A stretch of DNA of 64,000 nt from Chitinophaga sp. (GTDB taxonomy: Bacteria; Bacteroidota; Bacteroidia; Chitinophagales; Chitinophagaceae), in the NCBI RefSeq assembly GCF_035538455.1, contig NZ_DATLKJ010000155.1, forward strand, positions 12,766 through 76,765, in the 5' to 3' direction. This document shows positions 9,432-18,245 of this stretch, in pieces (positions within the stretch are counted from its first letter, which is position 1; every line of letters begins with the position of its first letter). The notes under the pieces are model-generated. The model searched no databases. It saw only the letters and a list, made by a program, of their open reading frames with translations, and was not told the DNA's origin. A program made the translations under genes and the position numbers.

Positions 9432-10676
9432 TTACGCAACTTTCAGTTTAACCAGTGTAGACTGCTCCAGTTTAGCCTGTGCATATTCTTTGGTAAGCGC
9501 GAAAGTTTTTTCGTTAGCAGAAGGCAGCTCATACATAGCGTCGCTCAGTACTACTTCACAGATGGAACGGAGGCCGCGTGCACCCAGTTTGTATTCCATT
9601 GCTTTGTCAACGATATATTCGAGTGCCTCTTCCTCCACGTGCAGCTCTATGTTTTCAATAGCAAACAGTTTCTTGTATTGTTTGATCAGTGCATTTTTAG
9701 GTTCGGTGAGGATGGCTTTCAGCGTATCTCTGTCGAGAGAGTTGAGATAGGTAACCACTGGCAGGCGGCCCAGTAATTCCGGGATAAGGCCGAATGATTT
9801 CAGGTCCTGTGAGTTTACATATCGGAGGATCTGTTTCCTGTTCTCTTCTTCTTTTTCTTTGTTTACGGTGAACCCGATGGAGTGTGTTTGTACCCTTCTG
9901 CTGATGATACGGTCTACGCCGTCAAACGCGCCGCCGCAGATAAACAGGATGTTGCTGGTGTTCAGCTTGATCAGTTTCTGTTCAGGGTGCTTACGTCCGC
10001 CCTGCGGGGGTACCAGTACTTCGGCGCCTTCGAGCAGCTTCAGGAGTCCTTGTTGAACGCCTTCGCCGCTAACGTCGCGGGTGATGGAAGGGTTATCGTT
10101 TTTACGGGCGATCTTGTCGATTTCATCGATATAAACGATACCGCGTTCAGCAGCTTCCACATCATAGTTGCACACCTGTAACAGGCGGCTGAGGATACTT
10201 TCCACGTCTTCACCTACGTAACCTGCTTCTGTAAATACAGTAGCGTCGACGATTGTGAACGGAACGTTCAGTTGTTTGGCGATGGATTTAGCCAGGAGGG
10301 TTTTACCGGTACCGGTTTCACCCACCATGATGATATTGGATTTTTCGATTTCCACTTCATCATCGCCTACCTGCTGGTTCAATCTTTTGTAGTGGTTATA
10401 AACAGCTACAGCCAATACTTTCTTGGCGTCGTCCTGACCGATTACATATTCGTCCAGGAATTTTTTCATGTCTACGGGTTTGGCAACCTTAGGCATCACG
10501 CTGGGAGCGGGAGTTGCAGCAGTTTTTTTGCCGGGGGCAAAAAGTTCCTGGTCAATGATCTCCTGGGCATTGGCAACGCAGTTTTCACAGATATGTCCTT
10601 CAGCGCCCGCAATCAGTATCTGCACATCATCTTTCGAGCGATTGCAAAAGGAGCAGCGAATTTTCGAATCTTTCAT
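9432..10676 (-). CDS. clpX: ATP-dependent Clp protease ATP-binding subunit ClpX
   Basis: N-terminal C4 zinc finger (CSFCNRS...CENC), Walker A motif GETGTGKT, and ClpX-typical length and C-terminus. Confidence 0.95.
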   Translation of the reverse strand: MKDSKIRCSFCNRSKDDVQILIAGAEGHICENCVANAQEIIDQELFAPGKKTAATPAPSVMPKVAKPVDMKKFLDEYVIGQDDAKKVLAVAVYNHYKRLNQQVGDDEVEIEKSNIIMVGETGTGKTLLAKSIAKQLNVPFTIVDATVFTEAGYVGEDVESILSRLLQVCNYDVEAAERGIVYIDEIDKIARKNDNPSITRDVSGEGVQQGLLKLLEGAEVLVPPQGGRKHPEQKLIKLNTSNILFICGGAFDGVDRIISRRVQTHSIGFTVNKEKEEENRKQILRYVNSQDLKSFGLIPELLGRLPVVTYLNSLDRDTLKAILTEPKNALIKQYKKLFAIENIELHVEEEALEYIVDKAMEYKLGARGLRSICEVVLSDAMYELPSANEKTFALTKEYAQAKLEQSTLVKLKVA

Positions 10677-10765
10677 TTCGGAATAAAATTATTTTTCGGC
10701 GAAACTATAACAGCCTGCTTTGGTAATACAGGCTTACAAATTTACACTAAAAATCCCGGTGGGCG

Positions 10766-10799
10766 TAAAATAAAACAGTCCCGCGGAAAGCGGGACTGT
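10766..10799 (-). terminator. stem-loop plus U-tract between clpP and clpX (terminator or attenuator)
   Basis: 10-bp stem acagtcccgc / gcgggactgt. On the minus strand it is followed by TTTTATTTT. Confidence 0.55.
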
Positions 10800-10895
10800 T
10801 AAAGTTTTCTTAACCAGGATGCCCCTGATCCGGATGATATTACGGTTATGTTTTTACTGTAATGTCAGTTAAGCACAGCCATAATGATCATTCAT

Positions 10896-11600
10896 TTATT
10901 GAGGAGAGTCCAGTTGTTTTTTTGGATTTTTCTGGAGCACATCATCAATGATGCCGTACTCTTTAGCTTCATCAGCCGTCATCCAGTAGTCGCGGTCAGA
11001 GTCTTTTTCCACTTTCTTAACTGGCTGGCCACAGTGACCGGCGATGATTTCGTTCAGTTCTTTTTTGAGCTTCACGAATTCGCGGGCGGTGATTTCGATG
11101 TCGGAAGTCTGACCTTCGGCGCCACCATGAGGCTGGTGAATCATTACGCGGGCATGCTTGAGCGCCGTGCGTTTTCCTTTGGTTCCAGCTACGAGCAGTA
11201 CGGCGCCGAAAGAAGCGGCCATACCGGTACAGATAGTAGCCACCTCAGGAGAGATGATCTGCATGGTATCATAGATGCCCAGACCAGCATAAACACTACC
11301 TCCAGGGCTATTGATATACATCTGGATATCGCGTGTCCGGTCTGAAGATTCCAGGAATAACAGCTGCGCGGTAATTACGTTGGCCACGTAGTCGTTAATC
11401 GGATCTCCGAGGAAGATAATGCGATCAGCCATTAACCTGGAGAAAACGTCCATCTGGGTCATGTTCATCTGGCGTTCTTCGAGGATGTATGGAGTCAGGC
11501 TGTTTAACTGGTGGCTTTTAGCGTAACTATCTACAACCAGGCTGCTGATTCCACGGTGCTTGATGGCATATTTCCTAAATTCGTCGTTATTAATGTTCAT
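10896..11600 (-). CDS. clpP: ATP-dependent Clp protease proteolytic subunit ClpP
   Basis: ClpP motifs (GMAASFGAVLL active-site Ser region, MIHQPHGG). Start set to the ATG at 11600 (MNINNDEF...), which overlaps the end of tig by 11 nt. Confidence 0.9.
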   Translation of the reverse strand: MNINNDEFRKYAIKHRGISSLVVDSYAKSHQLNSLTPYILEERQMNMTQMDVFSRLMADRIIFLGDPINDYVANVITAQLLFLESSDRTRDIQMYINSPGGSVYAGLGIYDTMQIISPEVATICTGMAASFGAVLLVAGTKGKRTALKHARVMIHQPHGGAEGQTSDIEITAREFVKLKKELNEIIAGHCGQPVKKVEKDSDRDYWMTADEAKEYGIIDDVLQKNPKKQLDSPQ

Positions 11601-12969
11601 GATGGTGATGTTTATGAGGTAAATTAACAAAATCTTCTGCTTTGATTTCCTCTTCTTTTACTTTCACCTTAGTTTCAGCCCAGTCAAATAACTTGGCAGT
11701 GATCATTTCGCGGTAAGTTTGGTCCACAAATTTTTCATCCTGTAACAGGCGGTCCAGGTAGCTGTCCAGCCACTCAGCACCATCGGAGGCGGCAGCGCCG
11801 TAGTAGCCCAGTACTTTCTGTTTGGCGCTCTCTCTCAGTTCTTCGAAAGGAACTTCCAGGTTATTTTCACGAACCAGTTTATCGCTGATCAGCGTCCAGC
11901 GCAATTGATGATCGAAACTTGGGAATTCTTTTTCCGCTTCTTCTGCAGTTTTAGGTTTTTCACCACCGATCTGCAGCCAGCGTTTCAGGAAATCTTTTGG
12001 TAAATCAATTGGTGTTTCGTGTACCAGCACTTCGAACAGGTCGTTGTGCAGGTGATTGCGGCTTTCCTGGTTCCAGTATTTACCGATTTCTTCTTTCAGT
12101 TTAGCACGGAAAGCTTCTTCGGTAGTGATTTCGTCCGCAGGATATACTTCTTTGAAAAATTCTTCGTTCAGTTCTCTTTTTTCAATCAGGGTCACTTTGG
12201 TGATCGCCAGGTTGAAGTATTTGTTGGCTGCTTCTTTATTGGTAGCATCCAGGCCCAGGTCTCTCATTACCCAGTTCAGGCGCTGTTCGTCAAAAGAAGT
12301 GGCGAGCTGTAATACAATGTTGTCGCCTATTTTCTTACCCTGCAGCTCAGACTGTACAGCAGGAGTGAAGTATTTTACAAGGAGTGCAGTTTCTTTTTTG
12401 ATACCGCCTTCTACTATATTGCCTTTAGCATCTGCTTCTTCAAAAGTAACGGTGATAACATTATCTTCAGAAGTAATAGTTTCCGGCTCGGAGGTTTTAC
12501 CACCTTTCAGCTGTAAACGCTGTATTTCGTCATTCACCATTTCTTCTGTAACAGTTACATTGTATTTGGTGAGGGTGGTTTTGTCATTTTCCAGTGGAGT
12601 AACGGCAAAAGTTGGTTTCAGACCGATCTCGAACTCGAAAGCGTATTCCTGAGGATCGTTGAAGTCGAGGTTTTTCGCAGTTTTTTCAAGGGAAATAGGC
12701 TGACCGAAGATATCCAGCTTTTCGTTCTGTACATAACCCATCAGTTCTTTTTCCACAGTTTTCAGCACTTCATCGCCGAAAATAGCAGGACCATGCATCT
12801 TTCTGATCATGCCTGCCGGAACCATTCCCTTACGGAAGCCTGGTATATTTGCGCTCTTGCTGAATTGCTTTACTGCTTTGTCAAAATTAGGGAGATAATC
12901 CTCCTGGCTCACTTTCACAGTGATCTTATCGTTCAATAAACCAATGTTTTCTCTGGTAACGGTTGCCAT
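11590..12969 (-). CDS. tig: trigger factor
   Basis: 459 aa. The N-terminal ribosome-binding region includes GFRKGMVP, and the gene sits in the classical tig-clpP-clpX order. It has a His-rich C-terminal tail (HKHHHHEH). Confidence 0.9.
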   Translation of the reverse strand: MATVTRENIGLLNDKITVKVSQEDYLPNFDKAVKQFSKSANIPGFRKGMVPAGMIRKMHGPAIFGDEVLKTVEKELMGYVQNEKLDIFGQPISLEKTAKNLDFNDPQEYAFEFEIGLKPTFAVTPLENDKTTLTKYNVTVTEEMVNDEIQRLQLKGGKTSEPETITSEDNVITVTFEEADAKGNIVEGGIKKETALLVKYFTPAVQSELQGKKIGDNIVLQLATSFDEQRLNWVMRDLGLDATNKEAANKYFNLAITKVTLIEKRELNEEFFKEVYPADEITTEEAFRAKLKEEIGKYWNQESRNHLHNDLFEVLVHETPIDLPKDFLKRWLQIGGEKPKTAEEAEKEFPSFDHQLRWTLISDKLVRENNLEVPFEELRESAKQKVLGYYGAAASDGAEWLDSYLDRLLQDEKFVDQTYREMITAKLFDWAETKVKVKEEEIKAEDFVNLPHKHHHHEH

Positions 12970-13183
12970 AATTGAATTGTATAAAATGTTCTTTAAGAAG
13001 CAATAATGATTCCTTGTTTATTTTTCTGCCATGAAGTCACAACGGCAAGCAGGAATGTCAGTAAAAAGGTTATTAAAAAATATAGTGAGAGTGTGTCAGG
13101 TACGAGGATGTGACAATGAAAGTGAGGAAGAGCATAGCATTATCACATTGCCATATTGACACATTGCCACAATAATCTATATG

Positions 13184-13265
13184 TCCGGGTGGAGGGACTC
13201 GAACCCCCATGCCTTGCGGCACCAGATCCTAAGTCTGGCATGTCTACCAATTTCACCACACCCGG
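13184..13265 (-). tRNA. tRNA-Leu (anticodon UAG), type II with a long variable arm
   Basis: Hand-folded cloverleaf: acceptor CCGGGTG/CACCCGG, anticodon stem CCAGA/TCTGG with loop CTTAGGA, variable arm GCC-GCAA-GGC, T-loop TTCGAGT. Confidence 0.85.
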
Positions 13266-13514
13266 TAAAAATTAAATAAAAGAACTTTTTGTATATCAAA
13301 AAGGACTGCAAAGGTATTATTTTCCGGGAATAAACAAAAATGACAATGATTTTTTTGCTTTATATGGTTAATGATGGCTGTGGGCGGGGAGTTGCGTTGA
13401 TTGGCAGGTCACAGGGACGGTACAATTAAGTAATAAATTTTATTTTATTGAGGTTTAATAGGGAAGTATTTTTTGAAATAGTAATGTTTGACGAAATTTT
13501 CGATTTTTGTTTGA

Positions 13515-14750
13515 ATGAACACACATATGGCCAGCACTTTTTTCGACGACCTGAATAAGGAAAACCTCACCGGGGTGGCGTACAAGAATATCAGCCTGAA
13601 AAAGGCTGTACTGGCTTATTTTGCCAGCAGTGGCAACACCACCATCGGGGATATGTGTAAGGAATTTAACCTCAGCGCGCCCAAAGTCACCACTCTGCTC
13701 AATGACCTTATCCGCGACGGCCTTGTAAAAGAATATGGTAAAGTGGAATCCACGGGCGGCCGCAAACCCAGTCTGTATGGGCTTGTGCCGGATTCGGCTT
13801 TCTTTATCGGGGTGGATATAAAACAGCATCATCTCAACCTGGGCTTGTCTGACCTGCATAAAAACCTGGCGCACGTGAAAGAAGGGGTGGCCTATAAACT
13901 GGACAACAGCAGAGAGTCGCTGGACGAACTTTGTCTTCATATAAAACAGTTTATCCGTGAGCTGCCGGTGACGAAGGAAAAGATACTGGGCATCGGCATC
14001 AACCTCTCTGGCCGCATTAACTATGCTACCGGTTACAGTTACAGTTTTTTTCATTTTGATGATGAGCCGCTGTCCAAAGTACTGGAAGGACGGTTGGGGA
14101 TAAAGGTTTTCCTGGAAAATGATTCGCGGGCAATGGCTTATGGCGAGTTCAATTCCGACGCTGTACATGGTGAGCGTAATGTGCTCTTCCTCAACCTGGA
14201 CTATGGTATTGGCATGGGCGTATTGATAGACGGTCAGCTCTATTACGGTAAATCGGGCTACAGTGGCGAAGTAGGACATATTCCCCTGTTCAATAACGAG
14301 ATCATTTGTCATTGCGGAAAAAAAGGTTGCCTGGAAACGGAAGCCTCCGGCTGGGCGCTCACCCGGATGTTCCGTGAGAAGCTGGCTGCCGGAGCGGCCT
14401 CTATGCTTACACGGAGATTCCGTAATCCGGATGATATCAACTTTGAAGACATCATTGACGCGGCAGTGCATGACGATACCCTTGCCATTGAACTGATTGC
14501 AGAGATAGGAGACAACCTGGGGCGCGGAATCGCTTTACTGATCAACATTTTCAACCCGGAGCTGGTGATCCTGGGCGGAAGCCTGGCGACCACCGGAGAT
14601 TATATCAGGCTTCCCATCAAAAGCGCGGTGAATAAGTATTCATTGAGCCTTGTGAGCAATGACACCCGCTTCGTGATGTCAGACCTCGGTGAGAAAGCCG
14701 GTATTATCGGGGCCTGCCTGCTGGTAAGAAACAAGGTGTTGATAACTTAG
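13515..14750 (+). CDS. ROK-family transcriptional regulator (NagC/XylR-like)
   Basis: N-terminal winged-HTH region, ROK sugar-kinase fold and the zinc motif CHCGKKGCLE. Confidence 0.8.
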   Translation: MNTHMASTFFDDLNKENLTGVAYKNISLKKAVLAYFASSGNTTIGDMCKEFNLSAPKVTTLLNDLIRDGLVKEYGKVESTGGRKPSLYGLVPDSAFFIGVDIKQHHLNLGLSDLHKNLAHVKEGVAYKLDNSRESLDELCLHIKQFIRELPVTKEKILGIGINLSGRINYATGYSYSFFHFDDEPLSKVLEGRLGIKVFLENDSRAMAYGEFNSDAVHGERNVLFLNLDYGIGMGVLIDGQLYYGKSGYSGEVGHIPLFNNEIICHCGKKGCLETEASGWALTRMFREKLAAGAASMLTRRFRNPDDINFEDIIDAAVHDDTLAIELIAEIGDNLGRGIALLINIFNPELVILGGSLATTGDYIRLPIKSAVNKYSLSLVSNDTRFVMSDLGEKAGIIGACLLVRNKVLIT

Positions 14751-14809
14751 TATTTCAGTAATTTTAACTCGCTCACTGTAATTCATATACTTCATACAAA
14801 ATTTACGTT

Positions 14810-15223
14810 ATGCCGAACCTCAATGTCTACCTGATCTTTAACGGTAATGCCCGCGAGGCAATGAATTTCTACAAAGATGCTATTGGCGGAGAGCTCCAGG
14901 TTATGTCTGTCGGAGATTCGCCCATGAAAGAAAAGATGCCACCTGAAATGCACAGCCAGGTAATGCACGCGCGGCTACAAAACGATGCCCTGGTATTACT
15001 GGCTTCTGATAACATGGGAGGGCCTGATGTGACGCCCAGTACCAGCGTTTCGCTGGCGCTGAATGTAAATAATGTGGAGGAAGCTGAGAAAGCCTTTGCT
15101 AAATTATCTGAAGGTGGCCAGGTAACAATGCCGCTATCTGAAACCTTCTGGGCAACAAGGTATGGTCAGGTGACCGACAAGTATGGGTTCCAGTGGTTGG
15201 TGAATCTTGAGAAAAAGATGTAA
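14810..15223 (+). CDS. VOC/glyoxalase-fold protein (PhnB-like)
   Basis: 137 aa. N-terminus LIFNGNAREAMNFYKDA and C-terminus DKYGFQWLVN are typical of the PhnB-like VOC family. Confidence 0.7.
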   Translation: MPNLNVYLIFNGNAREAMNFYKDAIGGELQVMSVGDSPMKEKMPPEMHSQVMHARLQNDALVLLASDNMGGPDVTPSTSVSLALNVNNVEEAEKAFAKLSEGGQVTMPLSETFWATRYGQVTDKYGFQWLVNLEKKM

Positions 15224-15339
15224 ATATTTAGGGATTTGGGGATTTAGGAATTTGAAATGCAGCGGACATAAACACCGAAACAACCATTGTTATCTCCGCT
15301 GCATTTCAAATTCCTAAATCCCTAAATTCCTAAATATTT
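15222..15339. terminator. long imperfect inverted repeat (~45-bp arms, 28-nt loop) between convergent genes
   Basis: Left arm is 15222-15266 and right arm is 15295-15339, with two mismatches by eye. The arms contain ggattt(a/g)gg sub-repeats and include both genes' stop codons. Confidence 0.6.
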
Positions 15340-17638
15340 ACGGTTGCTTTTTCTTTTTGAAGAAAGAGAAGAAACCTCCGCCATTTCCTTTCAACACGGC
15401 TTTCTTATCAACCGCCGGCTGAAAAACCGCATCATGCTCCAGTATCCGGTCTATCAGTTTCCTGCATGCGGCCGTATCACCGTGGGCTTCGTAAGCAAGT
15501 GCCGTAGTATAATAGAAAGAAGATGCTTCCTTGTCCCAGCTCCAGTTCATGCCTTTGTATATCTGCATGCATTGCTGGCCGTAATCAATGCTCGTTTTAT
15601 AGTCATGTTCGCCCAGGTAGGCTTCCGACAGGAATGCATAGACACCAACACGGTTATTGGGCGAGTTATCTGAATCATCTCCCTGCCTCATAATGTTCAG
15701 CGTCAGCAGCATATCGGCAATGCAGGCTTTGTATCTGTGTAGCTTCAGGGCTGCTTTTCCCCTGAAGTAATAGATCTTCATCTGGGATACCACAGGAAGC
15801 TGCGTTATACCACCAATGGATATGCGATTATTGATAGCGCCGATACAGTGTTCATACTGGCCATTGTCAAAGTAGAGATACATCAGGTTGAAATAAGCAT
15901 CGCTGTCGTCAGGTTTTTCTTCCAGATGCATTTCAAGTGCCCGGATACGCTCAGCCAGGTCATTGGCGCTGCCGGATCTGATGAAGGCACGTCCTGTTTT
16001 GATCCGGTCTATATTGTAGGTGATAGTATCACGCTCATAATTATCCAGCTCCTCCATTTCCCGCGCGATCCATGTATCATATTCTCCAAGAATTTTATTG
16101 TAAAGCTCCAGCGCCTCTTCATGCCGCTCCAGGGAGGTAAGGTCTTCAATGATACGCTCATGGATAGACACGTAATACATAAGTGGTAGCGTATTGGTAA
16201 AAGAAGACAGAATGGCTTTCCGGTCGTTGACGGCCGCCTCTGCGTTGCCAAGGCTATGATAGGCGTCTGCTCTGGATTCCAGTTGTTCCCAGAACGGCGA
16301 CATATTATAGCCAATGGTATGCACACGCACTGCTTCTTCATAGTCGCTCAGCTCATACAACGTAATGCCGTAGTTGTTACAGCACATAGCATAGTGATGC
16401 GGATGGCCTGCATAAGAAGAACCACTGTTTTCATACCAGTAGGAATAATAGAGCTGGAAGGATCTGCGGTAAAGGAATTTCTTTACCTGCAACAGGGCGT
16501 TCCGGGCAGCTGCATCCTGTTCCTGCTGGATGATCTCACTGCTGATTACACCGGCCGTGTACCAATCGTACGGAACAATGTGGTCTGTATCTGGCCAGGA
16601 GTCGGGCAACGCGCCGGTAGTACGGAAATTGGCGTAATACCAGCGTATGATCGTGGAAGGATACGGCCGGATGTTGATTGCTTTTTCATAATAGGGCAGC
16701 GATTCGTGATAACTGCCGATATTAAAGAAGGCGGTAGCTGTATAATGGTAAAAGTAGGATTCCTGAGGATATGCTGCAATGAATCGTTTGCCGAGAGAAA
16801 TCTGTTCAAGCGTTCCTTCATATTCATCGTCTCCGAAAAAGCGCTGCCAGTAGGTAACAGAGCCCCAGCAAAAAGCCCTGGCCAATCCTGCATGTTGCAA
16901 ACCGTCATCCAGCAACTGTTTGATACTTTGCAATAAACGGAACAGCTCTTCGCTGCCGTTCTCTTCTCCGGTGAGTATGACCGGGAGCATATGTGCTACG
17001 AAATCATGGTCATTCATCAGTATCGCAAAGTTGGCAGTGGCAAGAGAACGGTTGTTGTGTACGGCGTATTTGAAAGCCTCTTTGTAATAGTCCAGTGAGA
17101 TATGATTTTCGCTTGAATAGTAGTAGAGATCGCCGATGTCGGTATAGCACTGAAACCTGGCTACATTCAGCCTGGGAAGGTTGTTGCGGTAGAGCGATTC
17201 GTACAGTTCAAGACAGTGCTCCATTTCAGCCTTCCCTTTTTCAATATCCTGGAGCGTCATATACACCTGGTACCGGTACTGCCGTGCTTTGATAGCCACT
17301 TCTGTATCTCCGTGACTGATCAGGTACTCACAGTCGCTCAGAGTGGTGTCTGTGTATTGATACAGGAAGCCTGCATCTGTATGGGCGCGGTATAGCCGCG
17401 CCTGTATATGCGTAGGATCAATGATGAGTGCCTGGGTAAAGGCTTCATAGGCAGCAGTGTGTGTTTCAAGAGCCTCCTGGTTGTTTTCCACATTTTTGGC
17501 CATTTCCAGTTTGCATAGTCCCAGTAAATGCCAGGCAGGGGCTTCATTGGAATGTGTCTGCAGATATATTTCCAATTGGGTGGCAGCAAGCGTATACGCC
17601 TGTTCGTTATACAGCCGTTCCAGTTCGTCGAAATGCAT
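15338..17638 (-). CDS. large TPR-repeat protein, function unknown
   Basis: 766-aa cytoplasmic-looking ORF with many TPR-like A/Y/L-patterned helical pairs. It lies directly downstream of the receiver gene at 17669..18088. Confidence 0.6.
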   Translation of the reverse strand: MHFDELERLYNEQAYTLAATQLEIYLQTHSNEAPAWHLLGLCKLEMAKNVENNQEALETHTAAYEAFTQALIIDPTHIQARLYRAHTDAGFLYQYTDTTLSDCEYLISHGDTEVAIKARQYRYQVYMTLQDIEKGKAEMEHCLELYESLYRNNLPRLNVARFQCYTDIGDLYYYSSENHISLDYYKEAFKYAVHNNRSLATANFAILMNDHDFVAHMLPVILTGEENGSEELFRLLQSIKQLLDDGLQHAGLARAFCWGSVTYWQRFFGDDEYEGTLEQISLGKRFIAAYPQESYFYHYTATAFFNIGSYHESLPYYEKAINIRPYPSTIIRWYYANFRTTGALPDSWPDTDHIVPYDWYTAGVISSEIIQQEQDAAARNALLQVKKFLYRRSFQLYYSYWYENSGSSYAGHPHHYAMCCNNYGITLYELSDYEEAVRVHTIGYNMSPFWEQLESRADAYHSLGNAEAAVNDRKAILSSFTNTLPLMYYVSIHERIIEDLTSLERHEEALELYNKILGEYDTWIAREMEELDNYERDTITYNIDRIKTGRAFIRSGSANDLAERIRALEMHLEEKPDDSDAYFNLMYLYFDNGQYEHCIGAINNRISIGGITQLPVVSQMKIYYFRGKAALKLHRYKACIADMLLTLNIMRQGDDSDNSPNNRVGVYAFLSEAYLGEHDYKTSIDYGQQCMQIYKGMNWSWDKEASSFYYTTALAYEAHGDTAACRKLIDRILEHDAVFQPAVDKKAVLKGNGGGFFSFFKKKKQP

Positions 17639-17668
17639 AACCGATCTTTATATGGCTATTTTAAATTG

Positions 17669-18088
17669 CTATTGTCTATCAGGGGAATAACTGATGCTAC
17701 GTTCCAGAATACCTGTGAGCAGGCTGCTCAACTCATGTAAACTGTTGGGTTTAGTGATAAAATAAGCGGCTCCGAGCTCCCGGGTTTTCTTCTTATCTGT
17801 TTCATGAGAGGAGGTAGAGTAAATGATAACCGGTATATGCCTGAGATCTTCCATCTTTCGCATCTCTGCCAGGAATTGTTTTCCATCCACGCGAGGCATA
17901 TTCAGATCGAGGAAAATTATATCCGGTGTCAGGGTACTTTCTAATTTGGCTAATGCTTCCTCTCCGTTGGTGGCTTCGTTGTAAATAATATCAGGCACCA
18001 GCTCTTTAAGGACCTCGCCAAATATCATCCTGTCGTCCACATCATCATCAATCAAAAGCACAGACCTGTACTTACAGCTTTTAAGCAT
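17669..18088 (-). CDS. single-domain response regulator (CheY-like receiver)
   Basis: LLIDDDVDD acidic pocket, phospho-acceptor context FLDLNMP, and conserved S/T and K (IIYSTS, ITKP). Confidence 0.85.
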   Translation of the reverse strand: MLKSCKYRSVLLIDDDVDDRMIFGEVLKELVPDIIYNEATNGEEALAKLESTLTPDIIFLDLNMPRVDGKQFLAEMRKMEDLRHIPVIIYSTSSHETDKKKTRELGAAYFITKPNSLHELSSLLTGILERSISYSPDRQ

Positions 18089-18245
18089 AATAAATTTTGA
18101 ATAAAGACAAATTTATGATTTTGTTACTATTTTCATACTACAATCTTGTCTGTCGGGAATCTGGGTTTAGATAATCTATTTTTGTTCGGCCCCCGATATT
18201 AGATACTTTTCCGGGAAATTTAAAACTTTTAACAAGCTCTGGCGG

